Shown: positions 52,336-63,023, counted from the first letter of the stretch. The stretch: 64,000 nt of DNA from Nitrospirota bacterium (GCA_963751455.1 CAVVUN010000012.1:192001-256000); one strand, 5' to 3'. Notes: generated by a model from the letters alone, not told the origin. Translations and numbers: made by a program.

Positions 52336-55300
52336 TTATTTTCTTTGATCGTGGGGGACAATCACGGTCGCCGTCTCAGTCGACTGATTCCCCGCCCTGT
52401 CGGTAACAACGGCAGTAATCGTATATACTCTGCCGTCTTTGTCCGTCCCTTCACGCCACGCTTCGAGTGCGATGAAACTATTGAACCCGCTTATTGATGG
52501 CTGTACCAGGCCGTATTCATCGGTAACGGTAAATACGATCGATTCAATGCCTGAATCCGTATCAATGACTCCTCCGTTTATTTTTACGTTTACCATCTTA
52601 TGGTTCGGCGGCCAGAGTATATTTGTTGACGGGAAGAGATCTATTTCGGGTTTTGCTTTGTCGATCTTCACCGTAACCGTTGCATCCTTCGAATTGCCCG
52701 CCTTATCGGTAGCTGTGACGGTTATGGTGTGCTCCGCGTCGGTATTAAACGTTTGCGGTTCGGGGCAGGTGTCGATGCCCGATCCGCCCGTGTTGTCAGT
52801 GCAGGTGAAAGTCACCGTTACATCAGTGTTGTTCCATCCGTTTGCGTTCGGAGAAGGTGATATCGAAGGAGTGATCACGGGCTTTGTTTTGTCGATGTTC
52901 ACAGTTACCGTCTCATCTCCTGTGTTGCCGGCTTTATCGTGAGCCGTGATGGTTATGACATGCCGCCCGTCTGTGGTAAGGGTTAGCGGTTCCGGGCAAG
53001 TGTCGATGCCCGATCCGCCCGTGTTGTCAGTGCAGGTGAAAGTCACCGTTACATCAGTGTTGCTCCATCCGTTTGCGTTCGGAGACGGTGATATCGAAGG
53101 AGTGATCACGGGCTTTGTTTTGTCGATGTTCACAGTTACCGTCTCATCTCCTGTGTTGCCGGCTTTATCGTGAGCCGTGACGGTTATGACATGCCGCCCG
53201 TCTGTGGTAAGGGTTAGCGGTTCCGGGCAAGTGTCGATGCCTGATCCGCCGATGTTGTCGGTGCAGGTGAAAGTCACGGTTACATCGGTGTTGTTCCAAC
53301 CGAAGCTATTAGGGGCGGGAACTGCCGATGGCGTGATCGTCGGCGGCGTCTTGTCGATGTTTACCATGATCGATGTGTCAGCCGAATTATCCGCGTTGTC
53401 CTTTGCATGGCCGGGTATGACAGTTCCCGTGACCTCGGTCGTAAGATGAACGGGGGACGTACAGGTATCTATGTCCGACCGGTCATCCTTGCATTCGAAA
53501 CTCACCGTAACATCCGAATTATTCCAGCCGTTCCTGTTCGGATCGGGCGAAATCTTCGGGTCGATTGAGGGAGGCGTCTTGTCGATGCTCACAGTAGTCG
53601 AGCCGGAACCAGGATTGCCCGCCTTATCAGCCCCTGCTCCGGTCACCGTTTGATTGCTGACTTCATTCGTGACCGTCACACGTTGAGCACACGTTGCAAT
53701 GCCGGACAGCGTGTCGTCGCAATGGAAGCCGACTGTTACATCAGTCTTGTTCCATCCTTTCCCATTGGGAAGAGGATCCTTATCCGCGGTAACCGTGGGC
53801 GGGGTTTTATCTATTTTGACCGGCCTGGAGTCAACGTCTTCCTGGTTGCCGGCGTTGTCTTTCGCATTAAAGAAAACGATATGAGCGCCTTCCGAGGCAA
53901 GGGTAAAGGATATTTCGTCTCCCGCTTTCTTGATCTCCGCAGCTTGATCTATGCGGTACGCGATCTCTCTGACACCCGATCCGGAATCCGATGCGTTTAA
54001 AGAGAAGATCACATCGGAAGAATACCAATTCTCCATTCCGGACGTGCCGCTGATCAAAGGCGTCGTGTCCGGCGGTATTGTATCCCGGACCGTGATCGTA
54101 ACCGTATCGGATGCCGTCTCCAATCCGATTGACACCGTAAGAGTCACTGTTGTGGTGCCGGCGGATAGCAGGACTGCCGGATTTGCACCAGCCGCAGACC
54201 CGCCGGGCCAGGACCATGCGTAGATCATGTCTCCCGTACATCCTTCCTGTGTCGCCGAGCCGTTCAGCTCAACGGTCGCGCCGTCCGAAGAGGTCTGTTC
54301 CACAAACTGATCGGGACCCGCATGCGCGGTAACTACACAGCTCTGAAAGCCTGCAAAAACCTGCACATTATTGTTATACGGATTCGAATCGGTGATAAAT
54401 ACCTTTTTCCCGTCCGGTGAAACTGCTATGCCGTAGGGAGTATTAAACTGTCCATCGCCCGCACCTTGCGAGCCCCACTTCCCCAAATAATTCCCCATGC
54501 TATCGAAAACCTGCGCTCTGTAGTGGCCGGCATCGATTACATAAAGATTCCCTGCGTAATCCACTGTCAGACCGGAAGGGCGAAGAAACTGTCCATCGCC
54601 GCTTCCCGACGATCCGACGGTTCTCAGAAAAGTTCCCGTGTCGGAATAAACCTTGATGGTGTTATCTGCACTGCTCAAGTAGACGTTGTTTCGTGCGTCC
54701 AGGGCGATGAACGAACTGACGCCAGTTCCCCATGCGCTCAGTAAATTTCCGCCGGTATCGAGAATCACAAGCTTGCCGCCGTCACTTACGAATATATTAT
54801 CATTTGAATCTATTGCTACCCCGGTTGGATTCGAAAATGCAGTTTCATCGGCGCCGTAAGAGGTCCATTTTGCTTTGAATGTGCAGGTATTGTCGAATAC
54901 CTGTACTCTCTTGTTCTCTCTATCGGTCACGTACACGTTTCCATTCGAATCCAGCGTTACTTGAGCAGGTGATCTAAATTGCCCATCGCCTGTCCCGCCG
55001 GGATATTCTGATCCGCACGTATGGATGAATCCGCCGGTACTGTCGAAAACCTGCACTCTGTTCTTGCCGGTATCAACTACGTACACGTTTCCGTTCATGT
55101 CGGTAGCAACACCCTGGGGCTGCTTCAAAATGCCATCGCCCATTATATGATGCCACATTCTTATGTAGGACCCCTCATTGGTGAAAAGCTGGACATTCTG
55201 GTAATCCGTCACATAGACGTTTCCTGATGAATTAACGGCTATGCCTGCGGGATGCGCAAACTGTCCTGCCAGGTTGCCTTGAGATCCCCATTTTCTGAGG

Positions 55301-56100
55301 AATGTACCGTCGCTGTTAAAAACCTCCACGCGGTATTTCGTATGATCCGTAACAAAAACATTGCCGTTTGAATCAACCGCGACGCCTTCCGGATATCCCA
55401 ATTGATTATCGCCGGTACCACTCCATTTCTTGATAAAATTACCCTCACTATCAAAAACCTGTATCCTCTTGTTGCCGGAATCAGCTACGTACACGTATCC
55501 GCTTTGGTCCACAGCAATGCCTCTCGGAACTATAAAATCGCCGTCATCGATGCCGTATTCACCCCATCTCCGCAGGAATTTACCGTCAGCATCAAAGACC
55601 TGTACATAGTCGTTTCCCGAGTCGGTCACATAAACATTATCATTTGCATCTATGGCAATCCCGTTCGGCTGATAAAATTTCCCGTCCCCTTTGCCCATAG
55701 AACCCCATTCTCTCAGGAACTCGCCCGTTCTGCTGAAGACCTTTATCCGGATATATGCCGACATATTGCCGCCGCTCGTGACGTACACGTCTCCTTTCGA
55801 ATCCACTGCGATGCCTCTGGGGATCGCATATTTGCCGAACCCTCCCCATGTTCTTAATAACCTGCCTTTATTGTCGAAAGCCGTCACTTGCTTGGCGGAA
55901 TAATCGATTACGAACATATTGCCGTTTGAATCGACCGCGACTCCGTTTGCATAGAAAAAGGTATAGTCTTCGACACCCCATTTATATAAAAAATCGCCTG
56001 GTGCGGCATGGACCGGCGGACAAAGGAACGCTAGGAACAATGTGAAAAGAAAGATGAAACGAGATACCCGATATCTATACATAGCTGTGATGGTCAACAT
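52336..56100 (-). CDS. Secreted NHL-repeat beta-propeller protein with C-terminal Ig-like repeats
   Basis: Signal peptide; about 12 P.GIAVD..GNVYV.D..N.RVQVF units; IDKT.P..PN.NGWNNTDVTV.FTC.D repeats with 231-bp period (52771/53002). Confidence 0.92.
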   Translation of the reverse strand: MLTITAMYRYRVSRFIFLFTLFLAFLCPPVHAAPGDFLYKWGVEDYTFFYANGVAVDSNGNMFVIDYSAKQVTAFDNKGRLLRTWGGFGKYAIPRGIAVDSKGDVYVTSGGNMSAYIRIKVFSRTGEFLREWGSMGKGDGKFYQPNGIAIDANDNVYVTDSGNDYVQVFDADGKFLRRWGEYGIDDGDFIVPRGIAVDQSGYVYVADSGNKRIQVFDSEGNFIKKWSGTGDNQLGYPEGVAVDSNGNVFVTDHTKYRVEVFNSDGTFLRKWGSQGNLAGQFAHPAGIAVNSSGNVYVTDYQNVQLFTNEGSYIRMWHHIMGDGILKQPQGVATDMNGNVYVVDTGKNRVQVFDSTGGFIHTCGSEYPGGTGDGQFRSPAQVTLDSNGNVYVTDRENKRVQVFDNTCTFKAKWTSYGADETAFSNPTGVAIDSNDNIFVSDGGKLVILDTGGNLLSAWGTGVSSFIALDARNNVYLSSADNTIKVYSDTGTFLRTVGSSGSGDGQFLRPSGLTVDYAGNLYVIDAGHYRAQVFDSMGNYLGKWGSQGAGDGQFNTPYGIAVSPDGKKVFITDSNPYNNNVQVFAGFQSCVVTAHAGPDQFVEQTSSDGATVELNGSATQEGCTGDMIYAWSWPGGSAAGANPAVLLSAGTTTVTLTVSIGLETASDTVTITVRDTIPPDTTPLISGTSGMENWYSSDVIFSLNASDSGSGVREIAYRIDQAAEIKKAGDEISFTLASEGAHIVFFNAKDNAGNQEDVDSRPVKIDKTPPTVTADKDPLPNGKGWNKTDVTVGFHCDDTLSGIATCAQRVTVTNEVSNQTVTGAGADKAGNPGSGSTTVSIDKTPPSIDPKISPDPNRNGWNNSDVTVSFECKDDRSDIDTCTSPVHLTTEVTGTVIPGHAKDNADNSADTSIMVNIDKTPPTITPSAVPAPNSFGWNNTDVTVTFTCTDNIGGSGIDTCPEPLTLTTDGRHVITVTAHDKAGNTGDETVTVNIDKTKPVITPSISPSPNANGWSNTDVTVTFTCTDNTGGSGIDTCPEPLTLTTDGRHVITITAHDKAGNTGDETVTVNIDKTKPVITPSISPSPNANGWNNTDVTVTFTCTDNTGGSGIDTCPEPQTFNTDAEHTITVTATDKAGNSKDATVTVKIDKAKPEIDLFPSTNILWPPNHKMVNVKINGGVIDTDSGIESIVFTVTDEYGLVQPSISGFNSFIALEAWREGTDKDGRVYTITAVVTDRAGNQSTETATVIVPHDQRK

Positions 56101-56567
56101 ATGATCCTCCCGGGGAAAGAAATTTTGCAGACTCTCAACTGCTGTTTTAAAATAGAAATTTTACTAATTGAAAGACAATCAGAAAATCCCGATTTCCGGG
56201 CGCCAAAGATTTTTAGCAATAATAAAATACGGAAAGATAGTTAAGGTAAGATTGAAAAAGAATTTATTACAAACTCGAACAATAAAAATTATACGCAAGA
56301 GAAAATTGGAAGTCAACATAATTTTATTTGTAATTTCCATAAAAAATGTACCAAAACTGAAACAAAATTTCTTTGTTCCCGAGGGGGATTTCCGGAAAGA
56401 ACTTTGGGGAACGTTGGTTCTCAAAATGCTTTCCTCCGTTTTCATTTTGATAGATGAATTGCTGGGAGGTGTTCGGCGACATGGAAAAACTTCTCAAGGT
56501 GTTCTCCCGAGGCTACTACGCTGAGTTCCGAGTTTCAATTTCCAAGCTTAATTGTGCTAATGAGGCG

Positions 56568-56596
56568 AGAATACTATTTTTAAGAGAAAGGGGCAA
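56568..56596 (-). promoter_or_regulatory. sigma70-like promoter TTGCCC-17-TATTCT, second copy
   Basis: Within block 56464-56602 homologous to 18149-18270. Confidence 0.5.
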
Positions 56597-57683
56597 GGGA
56601 AAGTTAAAGCAGACGTGAGACGACAATTAGTCGACCAAGAAGCGACACACTGCACTCCCGCTAGTGCAGTCGTAACCGACTGGGTTGCAGGCGAGGTGAT
56701 GGGGTGACGCCGAGCGTTACGAATGCACCTTCGCCACCTGGTGAGTTCCCTTCGGCAGGAGCCGGTGCCTTCCTTTGCAAGTCGCGGGATTCAATCCGGC
56801 TAAGCCGCACGCCGTATTGGGCTTAATTTCTTTTTGACCTCTCTTGCCGAGCACTTTGTCTTCGATCGGCTTTTTCCATCCGGACCCGGATGAGAGTCTT
56901 TGTCGCTCAGGCAACGAACATGGCCAAAGGAACGTAACGTAGTACTGCGGAATTGATTTTCATAAGTTTGACCTCCTGGCGCATTTCCCGGCGCCTTATG
57001 CTTCTGAATTTAGCGCTCATCGGAGGCGAGTCAATTGACCCAATGTATTAGCCGGCCGTGGGCTTTTGACCCGACGAAAGACAAGGAGGATAAGCCAACA
57101 GATTTTCGCCGCGTGCATCTTCTGAGGAGATCCGCCAGCAGCTGAATACGCCCTATAATGCGACCTCCCCGCGACTGACCCCTTCCCCGTCCAAAGCCGG
57201 GATCATATGTCGCAGCGGGATTGGGTCACTTTCTTGCCCTGACGCAGGTTTTAGCGTCGCTTAGGGTTCTCGCGCCCAGCGGGTGCGAGAGCGCAGGATG
57301 GCACGCAAGAAAGGCGACAAAAAGAGCTGTGAAGAATGAGAAATGCAAAAAGTTCCACTCATTATGGAGAAGAGCCAAAAGAAAAGATCTCGAACATCAA
57401 GGCATGAAGTTCAGCCTGTATTCGCGCTTTGGCTCATGTTCACTGGCCGCAAGCAAGATCCTTATCTTTTTCGCACCAGCCGCTCGCAGCACCACCCAGA
57501 CATGCCAAAGACTCAGAACCCGATTGTCTGCGGACTCCTCGGACACGCGATTACATCGCTGATATTCTGCATATCCAGATACTGGATATCGGGGTCGGGC
57601 CACGCTAAACTACTGGTTTTCAAAAATTTATCATTCCAATAATAGGCATTTTCTTAAAGATTCTCCCTTCAATTGAAGCGCCC

Positions 57684-59120
57684 TTACCCCGCCGGCTGAG
57701 GCACCGATCCTGAGTAAAACGGCGCGCACTTTTCTCGCTGAATGAATTTCCTCGCGCTCTTGAGGGCGTTTGACATTGGCCCGGTAATTGACTTAAGCGC
57801 GCTTGCCTCGATCTCCGGCTTGAGCAATGGTCCATGCACTTTCTGCCTGTACACAGCGCACCCCCGCTTATCAAGCACTGCTACGGATGTGTCAATAAGC
57901 CGGTCGTTGACGAGATTCAATCCTCCCCTCATGGCGATCCTGTGCTTGTTTGAAGCAAGGGCCACATCCGACGCTTCCGCAATGCCGTGATCGACTTTCC
58001 AGATTGCAACGAGTTTTTTGATGCTCCCTTCTCCGCCTCGTGACTCTTCGTGATACAGACGTCCGAAATTATAGCTCTTGGTGAGCAACGGTCCGAACGG
58101 GCCCGCAAGTAAGAACGCCCCGGCGTCCACAAGGTTGAAGTTCTGGCAGCGCTTGAATTTTGAGACAAGGGCATCGATATTGGCGCCGGAGAACGTAACA
58201 TTTTCGCCTTTCAGGGAAACGTCGCCGCTGAGCGACCGTTTCATCTCATCCATGCTCTTCCCCTTTGCAGTCAGGTTCGCGGAAAAGTCCGTCAGCCCTT
58301 CTATGGTTTTTGCAGGGATGTTTTTGGGCGAGAATTCCCGGATAAGATCTGCGATTCTGAACCGGCTGAGAGCACAGAACACCCGGTAACGAGGGGCTGC
58401 ACCCGTCGCGTCCAGGTGCAAGCTCCCTTTCCCGCTCCCCCCGAAAACGTTCATCCTGGCCCGTTCGATATCGAACATTCCCCTTCTTCCTGTTATTTTC
58501 ATCGCGATGTTCGATACGGCGAGGTTGTTGCTCTTGACTGTCCTGCACCTGATATCCCCGGTGAATGAAATGTTCCTGAGCAGCTCCGCTGAATCCGACC
58601 CGCTGTATGAAACGTTTCGGAGGGTCAGATCAAGGCGTTCCGCTTCAATCTTTTCTCCGGATAACTTATCTGTAAAAACAAGCGTCCCCTGAAAGATGGA
58701 CGACGCCGGTATCGAAAGCGGTTTTTCCGACGGCGCCGGCCCTGGTTTGTCAAAATTGAACGTTCCGTTCCGGTAACGGACTACGGACATGGCCGGCCTC
58801 ACGAACTCGACCCGTCGTATCCGGACTTCGCCCCGCACGAGGGGAATGAGTTCCAGGCAGATCGTCATCTTCTCAATAGTGGCGACATTGGTTCCCTTGT
58901 TTCGGACGCTGACGTCCTCCATCGATATCGCGAACCCGGGAGTAAAAACGATGCCCATCCTGCCGTTGATCCGGACATCCATTCCCGCAGCCTGCGAGGC
59001 AGCTGCTTCGACCTGCGGTTTAAAGGTTTTGATTTCGAGCAGGAGAGCCGCGATGATCGCTGCAACAAGGACGATTACGATCGTTGCTATAAATATTATT
59101 TTTTTCTTCTGTACTATCAT
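57684..59120 (-). CDS. AsmA family protein, copy 2
   Basis: MIVQKKKIIF + TM anchor; 57672-59288 near-identical to 26828-28443. Confidence 0.8.
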   Translation of the reverse strand: MIVQKKKIIFIATIVIVLVAAIIAALLLEIKTFKPQVEAAASQAAGMDVRINGRMGIVFTPGFAISMEDVSVRNKGTNVATIEKMTICLELIPLVRGEVRIRRVEFVRPAMSVVRYRNGTFNFDKPGPAPSEKPLSIPASSIFQGTLVFTDKLSGEKIEAERLDLTLRNVSYSGSDSAELLRNISFTGDIRCRTVKSNNLAVSNIAMKITGRRGMFDIERARMNVFGGSGKGSLHLDATGAAPRYRVFCALSRFRIADLIREFSPKNIPAKTIEGLTDFSANLTAKGKSMDEMKRSLSGDVSLKGENVTFSGANIDALVSKFKRCQNFNLVDAGAFLLAGPFGPLLTKSYNFGRLYHEESRGGEGSIKKLVAIWKVDHGIAEASDVALASNKHRIAMRGGLNLVNDRLIDTSVAVLDKRGCAVYRQKVHGPLLKPEIEASALKSITGPMSNALKSARKFIQREKCAPFYSGSVPQPAG

Positions 59121-59471
59121 TTTTCACATTCGTCGAACTTGACAACGTAAATTTTGATTTGACGTTGGAATGGGTAGCGAGAGGGCGCAATGCGGACCTC
59201 CTGCAAAACTGCAGTTGATGTTATTTTACGGGCGGGTTAGGGGAAAGTATGTGATTTTGATTACGGAGGTCGCTGATATTTTTCCGGGAACAGGTGGTTG
59301 AGATAAAAGGGCTCATAGGACATAATGACATTCCGGACACGACATCCCAAAGTTCCCCATGGCGGGAATAGTTACGGACAGGATTTTGTCGGGGGTCAGC
59401 GTAACCTTCCCCCGATCCTGTCCGCCTCGAAGTTTTCTCACGCTGCATGGACGATTCTTCTCAGTGATCGG

Positions 59472-60163
59472 CTAGTTCCCAGGCGAAGAAACACCTCCCG
59501 TCGCCGCTCCTATCTCGCCTATTTGAGCATGCGCCTGTTCGGCGGCAGCCAACATCGGTTGCGCGTCAGTTATTATCTGCTGGCCGTCATTAATCGTTTT
59601 TTGGACAACAGAACTGATCGCATCGACTCCTGAAGCTGACAGGTCATTCGATAGATAGGTTTTTATCTGCTTGAGCTGAGACAGATAGGTGTTAACCTGG
59701 GCTTTTACTCCCCAGCTGGGTCCCGCTATTTGGCTGAACGTGTCCATGAGCTGGGAGCGTCTCTCGTCACTGAGCTGCTGTATCTGGGGATTAGTGTATG
59801 TATCGCCCGACTTACTCCACTCTGCGAAGTAGTCAATACCTCTTGCCGTCATCTGGTCACTGTCCTTGATGAACGCTGCTGCGGCTTTATCCATTTGCGA
59901 AACATTTATCGAATATGCATCGAAAGCAGTTTTCGCGGCAGGTGTACCTTTCAACTGGATTACCCGATTCAGGGACGCGTTTGTCGTGTTAATCTGTGAC
60001 GTCATTGCCTCATTGCCCTGATATCGCCTTCGACTGCCTCAATCGAGGTTGTGGTTTTTTCCGCACTCGTCTGGACGGGCGGTGTCTTCTTTTCTGCACA
60101 GCTTCCGACAAGCAAGACAGAAACGAGGAGAAGCATTATCGTTATCTCTCTTCGGACTATCAT
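59472..60163 (-). pseudogene. DUF2959-like lipoprotein paralogue, frameshifted
   Basis: Homologous to 34118-34834; 8-bp tandem duplication TCATTGCC at 60002-60017 splits the frame. Confidence 0.8.
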
Positions 60164-60399
60164 GATTGATCTCCTTTCCTTAAATGTATTTCCATTAATC
60201 AAATTCTGCGAAATACATCCATGCCTTATGGAAAACGTCATCCTACCCATATTATGACACCGCTGCCTGTAAGACGTCTTATGTCGTACAGATGCTCTCA
60301 TAACCCCAATATTTGCCGCAATCAAAGTCGAGCATGAAGATCATAACGCTCCGACAAAAGTATTTGCGCATTAAGGTTCACTGGCAATCACGCCGCCCG

Positions 60400-60643
60400 G
60401 GGGGAGGCTTCGTCCGGAGGAAAGGTCAAGTACATCCTCAATCAGCCGGTAAATCCAGGAAATCTTCATCACCGTTCCGCCTGGGATCAGAGAGGGGCAG
60501 AAGATCAAACTCAAAGGTCTGGGTGAAGAGGGAAAGCACGGGGGTGAAGCGGGCGATCTTTTTCTCAAGGTCAAGAATTCGACGGCCGCTTTTTGAAAGG
60601 GTAAAAGGAATATTGAGGGGATGAGTCAAACATTACAGACCTG
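60400..60643 (+). pseudogene. Copy of dnaJ 3' end (copy C) followed by a TIR-like end
   Basis: Matches 26501-26700 with indels; ends GTCAAACATTACAGACCTG. Confidence 0.85.
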
Positions 60644-60816
60644 CCTCTATTGATTCTAAGATGCTCCCCGTTTAAACAAAAGTCCAACAGTATGGACCTG
60701 ACCCCAGGGTTGTTTTGAATGGATATTATGAATGCAGACGATGAAGTCAACGCAAAAAAAGCAAATATAAACATTAAAGACCCTGACCCGATATATTCTC
60801 CTCAGGGAGGTATCGA

Positions 60817-61011
60817 ATGGCTGTATGGTTTCCTTTACTGAAAGCTTCGCTTCCTTACATAACGCAATTGGTAACAGCAGCGATCCCTGCTTTTATCTCT
60901 AAATCCACCACTGAAAAAGATGCGGACATTGTCCCAAAGCAAATCGCAGAACTCAGTGAAGGCGTTGGCTGCAAGGCACTATCCCGCTTCCTGCTACTTT
61001 TCCTGCATTGA
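60817..61011 (+). pseudogene. Short or truncated hypothetical gene
   Basis: GGAGG RBS; MAVWFPLLKASLPYI..KQIAEL then composition changes abruptly. Confidence 0.4.
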
Positions 61012-61060
61012 CAGAAAAGGATCCCTTTGCTTTATATGAAGAAGGGAAAGGAGATATGTC

Positions 61061-61495
61061 ATGACCGAGCAGGAAAAAAATATAGAGATTGTGAAAGATA
61101 TGTTCTCCGCGTACGGCAGGAAAGACCTGAAGACTCTCGTTGCCCATGTGGCGGAAGACAAGGTCGACTGGAAGTGCCCCGTGACCGGCGATATCTCCGG
61201 CATGGGCTTCGCGAAACCCCGGCACAACCGGCATGAGGTGGAAAGCTTTTTCAAGGAATTCCTGGACGCGGTCGAGCCTATCGAAGAAAAGCCCGTGCGC
61301 TTCACCGCCCAGGATGACCGCGTGATCGTGGAAGGGATCGAGCACAGCAAGGTCAGGTCCACGGGCGTCGAATACAAGGCCGACTTCGTGATGGTGATCG
61401 AGCTGAAGGATGGGAAAGTGACGCAGTTTCACTATTACCTGGACACGGAAGATATGAGGCGGGCGCTGCGGGGGGAAGTCAGCAAGGCGGCCTGA
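61061..61495 (+). CDS. SnoaL-like / NTF2 family protein
   Basis: NIEIVKDMFSAY..DRVIVEG..STG..LKDGKVTQFHYYLDT. Confidence 0.88.
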   Translation: MTEQEKNIEIVKDMFSAYGRKDLKTLVAHVAEDKVDWKCPVTGDISGMGFAKPRHNRHEVESFFKEFLDAVEPIEEKPVRFTAQDDRVIVEGIEHSKVRSTGVEYKADFVMVIELKDGKVTQFHYYLDTEDMRRALRGEVSKAA

Positions 61496-61560
61496 CAACG
61501 AACGCGAGGCCGGCAAAATCAACTTAAAGGAAAAGGAGAGGGATTATCCCTTAAAACAGT

Positions 61561-61956
61561 ATGAAGAACAGAGAACAAATATATAAAGAGATGGAAGAGA
61601 AGCTCGGGCTCGTCCCGGGTTTCCTCAAAACAATTCCGGACTCGACTCTTGAGCATGAGTGGGAGCTTTTCAAGGAAATACAGCTCGGGGATGGCGCAGT
61701 CCCGAACAAATACCGCGAGCTTATAGGCTTGGGGATATCGGCAGTTTCCAAATGCAGTTACTGCACGCTCTACCATACCGAGATGGCGAAGCTGTTCGGC
61801 GCTACCGATAAGGAAATTGAGGAGGCCGTGCATTATGCCAAGGCAAGCGCCGGGTGGAGCGCATACTTGAACGGCATGCAGGTCGATCATGAACAGTTCA
61901 GGGACGAACTGAGGCGCGCCGGAGAACATGTTAAGAAAATGAAGAAAGCCGCGTGA
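61561..61956 (+). CDS. Carboxymuconolactone decarboxylase / AhpD family protein
   Basis: KYRELIGLGISAVSKCSYCTLYH (CxxC), GATDKEIEEA. Confidence 0.9.
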   Translation: MKNREQIYKEMEEKLGLVPGFLKTIPDSTLEHEWELFKEIQLGDGAVPNKYRELIGLGISAVSKCSYCTLYHTEMAKLFGATDKEIEEAVHYAKASAGWSAYLNGMQVDHEQFRDELRRAGEHVKKMKKAA

Positions 61957-62383
61957 CCACACCATTAAAGAGCGAGGCCAGAAAGGAACTCTGAGCATTT
62001 ACCCTGTGCTCAGGGTTCCTTTTGTCCAACCGTGACAGCAAGAGAAAATAATCCGGAATTTCATGGATAACCATATCGACATTGACTTTAAAAAGACTAT
62101 TGTGATTAAGAGGAAGAGAAGTTGAAGCGATCCGGGAAGTTCCGCTCGGATAAAGCAATCTTCGGACAGCAGAAAAGATTTCACTACTATGCACGTTGAC
62201 TCAAGTGAAACGGCTATCGATTAAGAATTGAAGGATGAGAAAAACCCCAGCTATTCTCTAGCCATTTCGGTCACTACGTCCGCAACGGCGTCCCCGGTCG
62301 AACCGCCAGATTACCAATGTTCTTCCTCTGGAATCTTCCGTCCCCAAAGTTCTTCAGGCCTCACAGTCTCCGCGTCAGTCTCA

Positions 62384-62872
62384 TCACGCTGCTTCCCGCT
62401 GATCATAGGCCTGCTGCAGCTTCTTCATGTCGAGCTTGGTCATTTTGAGCACCGCCTTCATGACCCGCTTCGCTCCCTCCCTGTCCTTCATCAGCTCTCC
62501 GAGAACAGCGGGGGCGACCTGCCACGACACGCCGTACTTATCTTTCAACCAGCCGCAAACGTTCTTCTCTCCGCCCTCGGACAGCTTCTCCCAGAGCAGG
62601 TCGATCTCTTCCTGCGTATCGCACTTGATCATGAACGAGATCGCCGGCGAGAAGGAAAATGTCGGACCGCCGTTCAGAGCCATAAAATCCTGCCCATTCA
62701 GATGGAACTCGACGGTCATCACCGACCCGGCAGGCATACCCGCCGCTGCTGCGGCCTCCTCGGTGTAGCGGGTGGTCGTGATGATCTTCGAATTCTTGAT
62801 AAGGGAAACATAGAATTTTACGGCTTCTTCGGCCTGGGTATCAAACCATAAGAAGGGGGTAATGTTCTTCAT
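62384..62872 (-). CDS. VOC / PhnB family (3-demethylubiquinone-9 3-methyltransferase-like)
   Basis: ITPFLWFDTQAEEA..MALNGGP..CGWLKDKYGVSWQV. Confidence 0.92.
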   Translation of the reverse strand: MKNITPFLWFDTQAEEAVKFYVSLIKNSKIITTTRYTEEAAAAAGMPAGSVMTVEFHLNGQDFMALNGGPTFSFSPAISFMIKCDTQEEIDLLWEKLSEGGEKNVCGWLKDKYGVSWQVAPAVLGELMKDREGAKRVMKAVLKMTKLDMKKLQQAYDQREAA

Positions 62873-63023
62873 GGCGAATTTCTCCTTTCGATTGTTTCGT
62901 TAATTTAATTATACATGCTGGAGGACAGAGGTGCCTTGTCGGTGTCGCTTCGCGTCTGTAGGGACATGATGAGGACCTGGCAATCAGTGAAGCGGTCAGG
63001 AGTGGATTGGAAATGTAACTGGC

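Noticed and set aside
56823-56963. Minus-strand ORF with RBS and in-frame TGA at codon 19 (selenoprotein?)
   Set aside because: TGA falls where a lipobox Cys would be, and the downstream frame is short and unrecognisable; a decayed lipoprotein gene is more likely. SECIS not verifiable by eye.
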